Origin: an uncultured Candidatus Binatia bacterium
GTDB taxonomy: Bacteria > Desulfobacterota > Binatia > UBA9968 > CAXXLF01
Assembly (NCBI GenBank): GCA_965218425.1
Contig: OZ244621.1
Span: 4,384,001 to 4,448,000, forward strand
Direction of reading: 5' to 3'
Length of the DNA: 64,000 nucleotides
Positions 9,213-20,066 of this stretch are shown piece after piece (the first letter of the stretch is position 1; each line of letters opens with the position of its first letter). The notes beneath the pieces were generated by a model. The model was not told the origin of the DNA and did not search any database. It saw only the letters and a program-made list of their open reading frames with translations. A program made the translations under genes and the position numbers.

Positions 9213-10485
9213 CCTCAATATACTCCAACAAGCAAACGAAGCACCCGGGCTAAAAACCTATAGCGATACAGTGGCCAGGGGATATTACGGCAAACACGTG
9301 GGCGGGCTGTTCGGAAAACATGACAACGTACGCACCTACTGGGAGGATCAACTGACCCGGCTCATCCTCAGACCACACGTCAGCCGCATCGCCTCCAAAT
9401 GCCGCAGCGCAAATCGTGGCACACGAGTCTTGGATCTGGGATGTGGCGCCGGACAGGGGTATGAACTGCTAACGCGTATCAACGAGAAAGACCTAAGCAT
9501 GGAAGACGAGTTGCGCTTTGTACTCTCGTCCAAGGAGATTGAACTATTTCTCGGTGTGGACATCAGCGACGCCATGGTTGAACAGGGGCGTCAGAATTAC
9601 GCGGGGGTTCCCAACGTGGCCTTCGAACAGGCAGATCTTTCCGAGGGACTCGGGGCACTCAAATCGGAATCACCCTTTGATATCTATTTTTCATCCTATG
9701 GTCCCCTATCTCACCTAGATACAAAGTCTCTCACTCATTGTCTAAGCGATATTCTACACAACGCTAGGCCGGGTGCATTGATCGTGCTGGATTTGATGGG
9801 ACGTTACTCGCCGGAGTGGCCCCTTTACTGGAGCGCGGCCGATCGTCCGGATCAAATGCTCCCCTACTCCATGAGCTACATGTACGAAGAAGAGGAACAA
9901 CATAACGGTGAGGTGGAACAATTTCCCATTCGCTTCTGGACTGGCGACGAAGTTCGCCAGCTTTGTCGGATGTTGACCGCCGAGAATGGAGTTGCGGTGA
10001 AACCCCTCGATTTGCTCGATCGCTCCATATTCGTGGGGCGTCACGTGGACACCCGGGAATACGCCTGCAATCTCCCACCGCTACGCAGCATGGTCAACCA
10101 CCTCTATGAGCTAAACGTACGAACGAAGTTGGAGCAACTCCGAGTGGACTATCGGCCCATGAACGACCACGGGGAACTCGACCGATTCTTCGCTGAGCTT
10201 GCCTTATGCTGGAATACCATCGTCGACTTTACCCTAGAGCGCCTTCAAGGAAATCGTATTGACCTTGTCGCCCTCGACGGCTGGCGGGATTTTCCCCCAC
10301 AGTTACAAACTGCATTGATGACCATGGACCGGGTTATCGATAGCGTTTCCTGGATTGACCTGGGAGATGTCCGAGCCAACGTGCTGGAACCGCAGCTAGC
10401 CTACGTATTGCGACGTCTGGAATTTACTTTGCAACGCGGGAGAGGTTGTGGCCACAGCCTGGTGGCTGTACTGCAGGTGGGATAG
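9205..10485 (+). CDS. Class I SAM-dependent methyltransferase, 426 aa
   Basis: VLDLGCGAG and GVDIS motifs; ATG 9205 with SD GGAGG overlaps the end of asnB. Confidence 0.8.
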   Translation: MSDLNILQQANEAPGLKTYSDTVARGYYGKHVGGLFGKHDNVRTYWEDQLTRLILRPHVSRIASKCRSANRGTRVLDLGCGAGQGYELLTRINEKDLSMEDELRFVLSSKEIELFLGVDISDAMVEQGRQNYAGVPNVAFEQADLSEGLGALKSESPFDIYFSSYGPLSHLDTKSLTHCLSDILHNARPGALIVLDLMGRYSPEWPLYWSAADRPDQMLPYSMSYMYEEEEQHNGEVEQFPIRFWTGDEVRQLCRMLTAENGVAVKPLDLLDRSIFVGRHVDTREYACNLPPLRSMVNHLYELNVRTKLEQLRVDYRPMNDHGELDRFFAELALCWNTIVDFTLERLQGNRIDLVALDGWRDFPPQLQTALMTMDRVIDSVSWIDLGDVRANVLEPQLAYVLRRLEFTLQRGRGCGHSLVAVLQVG

Positions 10486-10647
10486 AATCCGTAACGCTAA
10501 TCTTGTGAATCCCTCAGAAGCAGCATCCGGGAAGCTCGCTGAAACACCGGCACACCCCGACACCTCCTGGACCCAGGCTCCCGACTCACCATGGTTTAAT
10601 CGCCAGGCATCACAATTACAGCGGTAATCCTCCTTACACTTCTTCAC

Positions 10648-10869
10648 ATGATTGAGTTAAATAACGTCACCAAGTAGTATGGAGAAACGGTCGTAGTCGA
10701 TGGTATTTCACTGGCCGTTTCCGAGGGAGAGATCCTGGTTCTGCCGGGAGACTCAGGGTCAGGGAAAACCACGACTCTAAAAATGATTAACCGTTTGATC
10801 GACCCCACCTCCGGGTTGATTCAAATAAACCTAGATTTTACCGAGAGAATGTTCGACAGAACGAATTAA
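10648..10869 (+). pseudogene. Truncated osmoprotectant ABC ATPase (OpuA/ProV-like) fragment
   Basis: Hand translation MIELNNVTK*YGETVVVDGISLAVSEGEILVLPGDSGSGKTTTLKMINRLIDPTSG; Walker A present, TAG at codon 10, truncated. Confidence 0.75.
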
Positions 10870-10901
10870 ACACAGCATTTCACTCCAAGACTTTGCCGAA
10901 T

Positions 10902-10983
10902 TAAAATCCTAAATCCCAAGCTTGAAATCTCAAACAAACCAAAACACTCAAATCTAAAACTCAAAATTCAAAACGAATTTGTT
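10902..10983. repeat. Heptamer-periodic element, A/C-rich arm
   Basis: AAATCCTAAATCCCAAGCTTGAAATCTCAAACAA resembles 19-51. Confidence 0.55.
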
Positions 10984-11062
10984 TGGAGAGCTTCATGAAA
11001 TGTTGCCGCCGTGGGAAAGCCCTTTCTCTCCATTTCGACTCCCCCATTTCCATGAATTTGAG

Positions 11063-12295
11063 TTATTCGGTCATGCGCTCAGCGAGGCGTTGCTCGGCCG
11101 ATACTGTGGCAGGCAACTTTTCTGAAATGGTAACCAGGTGTCGAAATGAATTATTGGCCGAGTCCCTGACAATATGGGGAGGTTCCTCTCCCGCCTGGAA
11201 GGATTTTACCGCCTTGAGGAGAAATTTTCGGGTTGCAATCACAGTCTCGTCGCTCGCGGCCAGGTGCTCCTTGCTACGGTCATAGATGGGGCCCATGGTT
11301 TCGGTGGCGCAGGCGTCATGAACGAAAAAGCTAGACCCGACTCCCACAAAGGTCCGGGTCTTTTGAGCTTCCCTATCCTGACCGTAATGGTTCTGGAGAT
11401 TACGGACCTTTTTGTAATCTTGATCAACGTCATTCCCCAAGGTCCGCTCCTCTTGGCTGAGAGGCCCGCTCCGCTTGCAAACGATATAATATTTCCACAG
11501 ATGGGTATCGTTAATGGGTACCCAATAATGAACCGTCATCCCGTCCATCCCACCGGGTATGAACCCCTGGCACGGCATCACGAAATTGGTCACGCGAAAG
11601 AGGTTGGTGTCTACCCTTGTCTTCCGGAGCGAAATCATCCTAACTCCGTAATCTGTTTCGGCAGCCTCAAGCTTCGGCGCGCCGTCTGCCGCATAGCCTT
11701 CGTTTTCGAACCCCACAGCCCCAGCATGGAAGGATCTGTGAAGATAGGAAAGATGAGATGAATCACAGTCTCCCTCGAGACCTTGAAGGTAATTGCAATC
11801 GAGCAATACTTTAGTTACATAAACGTGGTCCTCGGGCATCGCAGCCCACTCATAGTTGGGAAATAGAGGTATCTCTTCTTGCGGACCCATATAGGCAAAC
11901 ACGAGGCCCGCCACTTCTTTGCAAGGATAGGCTTTATGGTGAATCTTCTTTCGAAAATCGCTTCCTGGCGGTTCCGCGGGGGTCTCCAGGACGTTCCCTT
12001 TCACATCGTATTTCCAGCCATGATAGATACATCGCAGGCCGCAATCCTCGTTGCGCCCATAATAGAGGGATGTGCCTCGGTGAGAACAGTGCTCGTCTAG
12101 GAGTCCCACCCTTCCCTGGCTGTCTCGAAAGGCCAGGAGCTCCTCACCCAGCAACCTCACCTGTACCGGCGGGCAGTCTGGCTCGGGAATTTCTTCCGAC
12201 AACACTGCCGGGATCCAATAGCGCCGGAACAATCCACCCATAGGTGTACCGGGCCCGGTGCGAGTTAAGAGTTCATTTTCTACATTTGAAAGCAT
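11063..12295 (-). CDS. Rieske non-heme iron oxygenase alpha subunit (phthalate 4,5-dioxygenase-like)
   Basis: CSHRG and CIYHGW Rieske motifs; DSSHLSYLH iron site; TGPGTPMG N-terminus. Confidence 0.9.
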   Translation of the reverse strand: MLSNVENELLTRTGPGTPMGGLFRRYWIPAVLSEEIPEPDCPPVQVRLLGEELLAFRDSQGRVGLLDEHCSHRGTSLYYGRNEDCGLRCIYHGWKYDVKGNVLETPAEPPGSDFRKKIHHKAYPCKEVAGLVFAYMGPQEEIPLFPNYEWAAMPEDHVYVTKVLLDCNYLQGLEGDCDSSHLSYLHRSFHAGAVGFENEGYAADGAPKLEAAETDYGVRMISLRKTRVDTNLFRVTNFVMPCQGFIPGGMDGMTVHYWVPINDTHLWKYYIVCKRSGPLSQEERTLGNDVDQDYKKVRNLQNHYGQDREAQKTRTFVGVGSSFFVHDACATETMGPIYDRSKEHLAASDETVIATRKFLLKAVKSFQAGEEPPHIVRDSANNSFRHLVTISEKLPATVSAEQRLAERMTE

Positions 12296-12387
12296 CGATG
12301 CAGGACTAAATCACTCGCTTGGATTTTCAAGAACCTCTCGAAATTATTTCCTCTTCTTAAAACCGGTTATTATTTGTAGATCCTCTA

Positions 12388-13400
12388 TCATTTTTGGAGG
12401 CAGCGAATGAATTTGTTCAACTCCCTTCTCGACCTGCCGCCATGTACATGGGTAACATTCAATCTGGATTTTTTGGCGTCTTTCAGAAACTGTGGATCTT
12501 TCATGGTGGCCGCAAAGGCCTTGCGCAGGATATCCAGCCGATCCTTAGGCGTCCCCGGAGCCACCGAATAGGGCTTGGTTATCTCATTCTTCGCATTAAA
12601 AGCATTCCATTGGGTTAATGTCCTCTCATTCTTGATGACCTCATGAAAGAACGGGATATTCTTGACCTCCGGATCGTTCCATTTTTTCGTCATTACAAAG
12701 GGGATGAACTTGTCCTCACCCTCCGCACCCAGCATGGACTTCGCTGTAACCCTCATGGACTCCCAGGTCCAACAGGCCGCGTCCGCTTCCCTTGATTGCA
12801 TGGCCAAAGGCATCCTGGCTGTTCCTGCGTACCCGGTGATTACTCTAAACTTTGTTCCCAGGGCTCGGTTCAGGAACTTGGGCGGCTCCGTCGTGTTCCC
12901 AGGCGCCCTAGTGGCAGGGACCTCAGGGTCCTACCTGACTTCACGATGTCGTCGAGGGATTTTAGGCCTGTGTGACCCATAATGCCACAGGTAATTGTCT
13001 CGGTCGTGGGGGTGCCAAGCCAGCCCAGCTCCCGTGGATCAAACTTTACCTTCTTGTCCCCCAACGCATGACCAAGAATAATCCCTGGAGTCCAAACTGC
13101 TACAGTTAGCCCGTCTGGCCTGGCTCGGTCGGCGTTATAGTTCGCGGCGATCAGACTTCCTGCTCCAGTCATGTCCATCACCACAGGGGTAGGATTTCCC
13201 GGAGTATACTTGCCAATATGACGGGCAATAGCCCGTGTGTAAGTGTCGTAGCCTCCACCTGGGGAAAAGCCCACAATGAAGCGCCTGGTCTTGCCTGCAT
13301 AAAAGTCAGCACCGAACGCCGGGGTCGAAGCACCGAAAACTAGCACCAGGCCAAGTAGAAAGTAGGAAAATTTCGCATTCGTAATATATTCCTTCTTCAT
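12388..13400 (-). pseudogene. Tripartite tricarboxylate transporter substrate-binding (TctC/Bug-like) protein, frameshifted
   Basis: IVGFSPGGGYDTYTR and TGAGSLIAAN in one frame; PGTPKDRLDILRKAF in another. Confidence 0.75.
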
Positions 13401-13672
13401 ATCATAAAATGGCAAAAAAACCAGCGCACCCTAACGGCACACAATTGCAGAGTGACTGGTGTTAAGTTTTTTTCTTCATTGTCCCCTTCACGGAACAAAT
13501 ACCATCCGTTAAGCCTCACATCGGGTTAGATGCTTTAGAAATAATGATGGAGAACTGACATGCTACGAGCTAAGGGGCCCTATATCAATCATAGAAATTT
13601 GTGTCAACGGGGGCTTTGAATTGTTGGGAGGAAGTAATCTAGAAACCATAGAGCCGAAGCCAGCGCCTTAAG

Positions 13673-14905
13673 TTACCCCAGAAGGTTCTTGCCGCGAATT
13701 CGTGGGACCCGTAACAGAACCAGCGCAGCCAGGAGAACTACCATTGAACCCATTACGGTAACGGTGATGGGCGCACTGAAATAGTGCGCTGCGACTCCTG
13801 CGGCAAAGGATCCCATCGGGGTAAGTCCCCGTTCAAGCAAGAAGAGGCTATTCACACGCCCCCGGAGCTCATCCGGCACGGTCAATTGTACCATGGTGTT
13901 TTTGATGGCCCCGAACAGGGCATGGAACCCTCCTACCCCCATAAGAGCCACTAAGGCAAGCGACAAGGAAGTGGATTGGGAAAAGAAAATTAGCGAAAGA
14001 CCCAAAAGCGTCATACAGCCCAGTAGAAACAAGCCCTTCCGTACAATGCCGCTTGCGATGGTGGCTAATAATAGCATTCCCCCCACGGCCCCCAAGCCGG
14101 GTGCGGCAACCATAAAACCGAGTCCTTCGGGGCCCACCCCCAACACGTCTTTTTGAAAGATCGGCATCAAAGCCTGGTGCGGCATGGCGAAGACCGCAGG
14201 AACCAAAGCCACAACCATGATGGTCACCACCATAGGATTGGACCACAGATAACCAACCCCTTCTCTAAAATGCGTTATGACCGACGATTTTTTACCTACG
14301 GCTTTTACCGGAGCTAGGCGCAATGAATAGGTCACCAGCGCGGCACACGCGGTCACTGCGCTTTCAACAAACAAATTCCCAGCGGCACCGAACAAGGGAA
14401 TCAAAAAACCACCCAACACAGGCGCAATGACCCTGGTGGTGTTAAAGGCACCGAAATCCAATGCCACTGCGTTCATGAGTTCTTCTCTGGGCACCGTGTT
14501 GGGTATGATGGAGTGTTCTACCGTAATGAGAAACGAGGCCATAACTCCTGTGATCGAAACGAAGACAAAGAGATGCCATATTTGCACTATTCCTAGGGCC
14601 ACCACGCTCCCCATGCTCAAGCTCAGAAGCGAGAACAGGCAGTAGAGACTTGTAATGAGTTTGCGTCGGTCCACACGGTCCGCAATGACACCGCCCACCG
14701 GACCGAATATCAAGAAGGGCAACATTCGAAGGGCGCTTAACGCTCCCAGCAAAACGGCAGAGCCGGTCAGATCATAGACCAACCACCCCAAGGTAAGTTG
14801 CTGGATCATCATCCCCGCCCCTCTAAAGACTGTGCCAGCCCACATGAGGCGGAAATTCCTATGTCGAAGGGAGGAAAAGGTTCCCCCGTTAAACAGATTG
14901 ACCAA
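13673..14905 (-). CDS. MFS transporter
   Basis: About 12 hydrophobic segments; GGVIADRVDRR motif A; VPDELRGRV. Confidence 0.9.
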   Translation of the reverse strand: MVNLFNGGTFSSLRHRNFRLMWAGTVFRGAGMMIQQLTLGWLVYDLTGSAVLLGALSALRMLPFLIFGPVGGVIADRVDRRKLITSLYCLFSLLSLSMGSVVALGIVQIWHLFVFVSITGVMASFLITVEHSIIPNTVPREELMNAVALDFGAFNTTRVIAPVLGGFLIPLFGAAGNLFVESAVTACAALVTYSLRLAPVKAVGKKSSVITHFREGVGYLWSNPMVVTIMVVALVPAVFAMPHQALMPIFQKDVLGVGPEGLGFMVAAPGLGAVGGMLLLATIASGIVRKGLFLLGCMTLLGLSLIFFSQSTSLSLALVALMGVGGFHALFGAIKNTMVQLTVPDELRGRVNSLFLLERGLTPMGSFAAGVAAHYFSAPITVTVMGSMVVLLAALVLLRVPRIRGKNLLG

Positions 14906-15138
14906 TGCTTACTCCAGATTTCTTCCCTCAATGGGTAGGAAGGTTGTTCGATGCGTCGCTCTCTCTGTTAGCACAAAGGAAAAGGAGGGGTAAAGCCCGT
15001 ACTGCAAACGCACCTGTAAAGGAAGCGCTAACCCGCCTGACGCGCGTCTCAAGACGGCCATTCTTAGGTCAATTCAAACCACAGGAAAGTTCGAACCAGC
15101 CGGCAATGGCAAATGGACGGAGTCGATTTCTTTGCGCT

Positions 15139-16590
15139 TTATTGAGTTCCCAAATTTCCGCCGGCCACGGTGGCAGCCCTTGCTGGGAGTATCGAGAATT
15201 CGACACGCCGGTTTTCTTGCTGCCCCTCTGGGGTGTCATTGCCAGCTATGGGTTGGTGAAATGCATACCCAGATGCTGATAACCGAGTGGGATCAATCCC
15301 TACTTCATCGACCAAATAACGAACGATGGTGGCAGCCCGGGCGGTGGACAATTCCCAGTTGGTGGGATACTTGCGTTGGAGATCCCACCTGATGGGCCGG
15401 GAATCGGTGTGGCCCTGTACTTGGATATGTTTGTCTTTGATCTGTCGCAGAGCTTCAACTACCTTTTTTAAAACGCCAAATCCGGAATCCTTTATGGTAG
15501 CCCGGGAGGAATCGAACAGGATTTTGTCCTCCAAGTGTACCGTAGTTAAGCCGGCAAGCCGTGCGATTTTCACCTGACCAGCATCAATTTCTTTCTTGAG
15601 TGATTCTATCAATTGTTGCCGGTCTCGAAGGGCTTGTTCTCTATCTCTCTTGGCCTTGGCGAGTTCCTCGGCCTCAGCCGATATACGCTGCAGCTTACCT
15701 GAAAGTTGAGACTTGGCCCGCGCGAGCTCCCGAGCCTCAGCGGAAACAAGCTCCAGTTGATCGGAAAGTTGATTCTTACCGGCCAATAACTCCTGGCTTT
15801 GTTTTTCGGTCTCTCGCATGTCCAATAAAAGGGATTCGTTTTGCCTTTGAAGACCCCGGCGGGCCTTGCCCAGTTCGGCAACCCGAAGCTGTTGCTCAGC
15901 GATGATCTGCTCCCGCTCCAGGAGCACCGCTTTCATCTCTCCGACACTGGCTTTCAATTTTGCGATCTCCTGTTCTTGTTCAGCGGAAACAAGCTCCAGT
16001 TGATCGGAAAGTTGATTCTTACCGGCCAATAACTCCTGGCTTTGTTTTTCGGTCTCTCGCATGTCCAATAAAAGGGATTCGTTTTGCTTTTGAAGACCCC
16101 GGCGGGCCTTGCCCAGTTCGGCAACCCGAAGCTGTTGCTCAGCGATGATCTGCTCCCGCTCCAGGAGCACCGCTTTCATCTCTCCGACACTGGCTTTCAA
16201 TTTTGCGATCTCCTGTTCTTGTTCAGCGGAAACAAGCTCCAGTTGATCGGAAAGTTGATTCTTACCGGCCAATAACTCCTGGCTTTGTTTTTCGGTCTCT
16301 CGCATGTCCAATAAAAGGGATTCGTTTTGCTTTTGAAGACCCCGGCGGGCCTTGCCCAGTTCGGCAACCCGAAGCTGTTGCTCAGCGATGATCTGCTCCC
16401 GCTCCAGGAGCACCGCTTTCATCTCTCCGACACTGGCTTTCAATTTTGCGATCTCCTGTTCTTGTTCAGCGGTAAGGTGCTTGTATTTGACTGCCTCACT
16501 TCTCATCCATAGACCAAAGACCGGTCCAACAACCAATGCGAGCCCCACGACAATCAAGGCCACGTACAGAAACTTCCTATTAATATTCAT
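15139..16590 (-). CDS. OmpA/MotB family peptidoglycan-binding protein with long repeated coiled coil
   Basis: N-terminal TM helix; ILFDS, VQGHTD, NWELSTARA, NRRVE motifs. Confidence 0.9.
   Translation of the reverse strand: MNINRKFLYVALIVVGLALVVGPVFGLWMRSEAVKYKHLTAEQEQEIAKLKASVGEMKAVLLEREQIIAEQQLRVAELGKARRGLQKQNESLLLDMRETEKQSQELLAGKNQLSDQLELVSAEQEQEIAKLKASVGEMKAVLLEREQIIAEQQLRVAELGKARRGLQKQNESLLLDMRETEKQSQELLAGKNQLSDQLELVSAEQEQEIAKLKASVGEMKAVLLEREQIIAEQQLRVAELGKARRGLQRQNESLLLDMRETEKQSQELLAGKNQLSDQLELVSAEARELARAKSQLSGKLQRISAEAEELAKAKRDREQALRDRQQLIESLKKEIDAGQVKIARLAGLTTVHLEDKILFDSSRATIKDSGFGVLKKVVEALRQIKDKHIQVQGHTDSRPIRWDLQRKYPTNWELSTARAATIVRYLVDEVGIDPTRLSASGYAFHQPIAGNDTPEGQQENRRVEFSILPARAATVAGGNLGTQ
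15737..16472. repeat. Three tandem 243-bp intragenic repeats
   Basis: TCAGCGG.. unit starts at 15737, 15980, 16223 (partial at 16466); only one substitution noticed (R vs K). Confidence 0.95.
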
Positions 16591-16834
16591 TTAAGCCCCC
16601 CACAATATCTTGGCAGGTTTTACGGGTTTATTATGCCAACCATCTAGGACGAACGGACCTCCACGTAAGTGCCTAATTTTACAACAGTCGCGGAATCGAA
16701 GGATCAACGCCGCGAAAAAATTCGCAAGCATGCTTTGACAAAAACCGTAAAAATCAATCCATGATAATTAATATCCGCGGATCCCCCCCCGCCACAGAGG
16801 CCTCGGCGAGTCCTGATTCAGGCAAACACGAGTC

Positions 16835-17830
16835 CTATGGAGACGGGAATAGCTCTTCCAAGGGGACCTTTCGTTTCATTAGCCCCTGTTCCACCAGGTG
16901 ATCCATTAATGTATTCAGGGTGTGCCGGTTGGGCTCAAGTCCATAGGACCACCCATCTCCACTGAAAAACTGGTCCAACTGTTCCAGATCATCCCATAAC
17001 CAGGGTAGCATAAACCGTAAAGTACCGCCCTCGCTAATTCGATCCAACACCCAATCTTTCGCTTCGACCATCGCGTTGTAGATACTTTTTGCCACCCAGG
17101 AGCGCTCCCGGTAGAGGCTCTCCTTCAGAACCATGGTGTGCATGATCGGAAAAATACCCGTCCTTCGGTAGTAGTTCTGTTCCACTTCCCGAAAGTTAGG
17201 GAAAAGCCTCTGCACATGGGGGCTGGAGCCAAAAGAGGTAGGTTTTCTGGCGCCGAGCAGGGCGTCCAGCTCGCCATTTCCCAACATTTCGTCCAAACTC
17301 TTGCCCTGGGGAGCAAACTCAAGGGAGAAAGACCCCCCCGGTTTGAGGTCCAGCTCATCAGGAGGCCGCGCAGCATTGATGCCCCCCTCCACCCATCGAA
17401 TGGTGGTCAGGTCAACACCGTAATCATGTTGTAGGGCACCCTTGGCCCATACGGCCGCCGTCTGTCGAAACTCTGGCACCCCCACACGCTTCCCTTCCAG
17501 GTCCTTCGGTTTCTCTATACCCGAGCGGGTGTTTACGAAGATAAACCCGTGGCGAAAGACCCTGGAGGGAAAGACAGGGATTGCAATGAACGGGAACTTC
17601 CCCTGTGAACGAAGGGACATGTAAAGTGCCAGGAACATCTCAGCAATATCGAACTCGTTTTCCTTAACAGCACGATCCACCAGCAGCGGAGGGGGTTCAA
17701 TGGCCAGGTAAGTAAGATCGATGCCCTCTGGCTTAACCATGCCATTGCGCAATGCTTCAGTTCTGTCGTAGGGGCCACAGGCCATGGTGAGGTTTAACCT
17801 ATCCGTCTTCGTATTCGGCGATTTATTCAT
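16835..17830 (-). CDS. 4,5-dihydroxyphthalate decarboxylase-like / periplasmic-binding-fold protein
   Basis: ACGPYDRT, PVFPSRVFRH, GKRVGVPE, TGIFPIMH, YGLEPNR motifs. Confidence 0.8.
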   Translation of the reverse strand: MNKSPNTKTDRLNLTMACGPYDRTEALRNGMVKPEGIDLTYLAIEPPPLLVDRAVKENEFDIAEMFLALYMSLRSQGKFPFIAIPVFPSRVFRHGFIFVNTRSGIEKPKDLEGKRVGVPEFRQTAAVWAKGALQHDYGVDLTTIRWVEGGINAARPPDELDLKPGGSFSLEFAPQGKSLDEMLGNGELDALLGARKPTSFGSSPHVQRLFPNFREVEQNYYRRTGIFPIMHTMVLKESLYRERSWVAKSIYNAMVEAKDWVLDRISEGGTLRFMLPWLWDDLEQLDQFFSGDGWSYGLEPNRHTLNTLMDHLVEQGLMKRKVPLEELFPSP

Positions 17831-18029
17831 GTGGATCTTCGTTATCTCAAATTGCCTAACACCGCAAGAAATCTTTATGACTAATTGTGCAATCCATCAC
17901 AAAGGTCATTGCAATGGAACCTCAGTGACAGTGTATAAAGTTACCCATACTACCTGCGAGAAGGGATGTAGCCCGATCCAATGGCTAAGCAAACAGACGA
18001 AATGACGCCTAACTCGGAGGTGGGTTGAA

Positions 18030-18299
18030 ATGCGGGGCGACGCACATACTCATTTTATCAGCCTCGACTTCATCAAGCATCTGGAAGGTCGTAGCACCCT
18101 TTCCAGCAGTGCCTTGGAGGGGGGCACCTACTTTACCACCTGTGCTCAGGGGTTTCGGCTGCCAATCCTCCCCAGAACCACTGACATGGAAGTGAAGCTT
18201 AAGGACATCGAGGATATGAGCGTTGATCTATCCGTCCTCAGCATTCGCCACTCAGCACTGAGTCTGCTTTGGGCGAGTGGCCAATTATGCGGATTATAA
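18030..18299 (+). pseudogene. Amidohydrolase N-terminal fragment
   Basis: DAHTH metal motif and VDLSVLS, then truncated at 89 aa. Confidence 0.55.
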
Positions 18300-18323
18300 G
18301 GAAAGCTCCTGAATATATTGGGC

Positions 18324-19535
18324 CTAAATAAGTTCGTACAGTTCCTGAGGCCGGCTGCCCAATCGCTCGACACCATTTCTCCGAACCACCACAATCTCAC
18401 CCCAACGGCCATAATCCGGCTTCCCATCGACAAAGACGCTCGGCTTCACGATCATCACGCAACCTTCTTTCAACTCCATTGCTCTCAGTTCATGGGTAAT
18501 GCGAGTTGTAACCAGGGGCCCATCATCGCCTGTCCCACGCCCGTGCATGAGTAGCTTCGCTTCCCCCCGGCCATTCATTCCCTTCACCTCTCCGGCAGTA
18601 AGCAACTCTCCAACGGTGACGCCAGGTTTCATGGCTTCCACCACTCTATTGTAGGACTCGAATATCAATTGCATCCCGTCTTTGAGGTCCTGAGGGGCAG
18701 CCCCGATGGAAAAGGCCTGGTCGATCTGAGCGATATAGCCTCCCCATCGACCTTCGATTTCGATGCCAAGAACATCACCGGTTTCGAATTTACGAAAGGA
18801 CGGCAGTTCTACGCGGTGATAAGTATTGCCCAGGGGCCCGCTGCTCCACCCAAACATAGGGGTAAAACTTCCCCCTTCAACGGCACTGGTGTACATCATG
18901 TGCCCGAACACCTCCCGTTCGGCCACACCAATGCGCGCATGATTCACTACCGATTGAAGAACCTTCTCGGCGATTTGAGCCCCCTTGCGGAGGAATCCAA
19001 TTTCCTCTTCACTTTTTTGGTAGCGCGCTTCGCCCAGGAGGTCCGTGGCAGATACCACCCTGGCGTTGGGAAGAGCCTGCTTGATCAGTTCCACCGACTG
19101 CCAGTTGGCTTCGCCCTCAGTTTCCCGGCAATGACCCAATATTCCTCCGGTGAGTCCAGTAATGCCAACCACACCACGCTCAAACCCCATCTCCTTCAAA
19201 CGAGTCACGACGGTTCGACCTCCAGTACCGCGGGGCGCCGGACGAATGTCCGTGAGCCAGTTGGACGAGGGCCAGACACCCCCCCGTGAGAGCCAAGCGG
19301 TCACCTCATGATCCAAGGGGAAAACGACCGTCACCTCGTCAGAGTTTTCCCCGAGCTGTGTCAGGTAAATGGGATCCGCCTGACCTCGGTTGTGACTGTT
19401 AGTACAGGGAAGGCACACGAGGACGTCTATCCCGTCACCCGCCATCAATTCCCGTACCTTGCGCCACCGCCGGTCCCGTTCCTGTAGGGAGAAAACAGCG
19501 TTACTCCATTCTTGGCTCCATTGTTCAGGCATCAT
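18324..19535 (-). CDS. M24 family (Xaa-Pro peptidase-like) protein
   Basis: KSEEEI, GDVLGIEIEG, MKPGVT, HGRG motifs; start moved to ATG 19535 after SD GGAGG. Confidence 0.8.
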   Translation of the reverse strand: MMPEQWSQEWSNAVFSLQERDRRWRKVRELMAGDGIDVLVCLPCTNSHNRGQADPIYLTQLGENSDEVTVVFPLDHEVTAWLSRGGVWPSSNWLTDIRPAPRGTGGRTVVTRLKEMGFERGVVGITGLTGGILGHCRETEGEANWQSVELIKQALPNARVVSATDLLGEARYQKSEEEIGFLRKGAQIAEKVLQSVVNHARIGVAEREVFGHMMYTSAVEGGSFTPMFGWSSGPLGNTYHRVELPSFRKFETGDVLGIEIEGRWGGYIAQIDQAFSIGAAPQDLKDGMQLIFESYNRVVEAMKPGVTVGELLTAGEVKGMNGRGEAKLLMHGRGTGDDGPLVTTRITHELRAMELKEGCVMIVKPSVFVDGKPDYGRWGEIVVVRRNGVERLGSRPQELYELI

Positions 19536-19754
19536 ACCCCTCCAAATCAAACACAAAGTGCCCACGGGGGCAACGATTCTAAGCACATCCCTTGTCGCAC
19601 AGCGTGGCAACCCATTGCAAGACAAAACGGTCTTTAACGGTACATTACAGCGCATGAAAGTAAGTGGAGAATCAACACGACACCAGAGAAGGGTTTTGCC
19701 CTTGAAGAGGGGTTTCTCAATTACCGTAGTGACGCGGTCTTGTCGGGGGATCAA

Positions 19755-20066
19755 ATGAAAAACATAATTCTCACGTCCGTCTTCTCACTTTTGATGCTAA
19801 GCATTGCGCTGCCAATGAGCACAGCCAGCCAATGGCATGAAGGGAGAAGCCTGCAGGGGGCCCTTGTAGGTCAACGGAAGATGGCTACCGATACAAACAA
19901 ATTGGCTACGGCCGCGGCTTGGATCACGTTTCAACCCAAGATCAAGGACAAGGCTTACTACGCTCGCATGATCAAAGACCTCATGCCCCAAGCATTCCCC
20001 AAGCATTTAAATTGGTCCAATGTGTGGATCGCTCAGCGGCCATTGAAGACCTTTGTATCGTTTTAA
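19755..20066 (+). CDS. Hypothetical exported protein, possibly a fragment
   Basis: Signal-peptide-like N-terminus; GGGGGA upstream. Confidence 0.3.
   Translation: MKNIILTSVFSLLMLSIALPMSTASQWHEGRSLQGALVGQRKMATDTNKLATAAAWITFQPKIKDKAYYARMIKDLMPQAFPKHLNWSNVWIAQRPLKTFVSF

Noticed and set aside
15737..16472. CRISPR array
   Set aside because: Units are 243-bp in-frame coding repeats without unique spacers; no cas genes in the window
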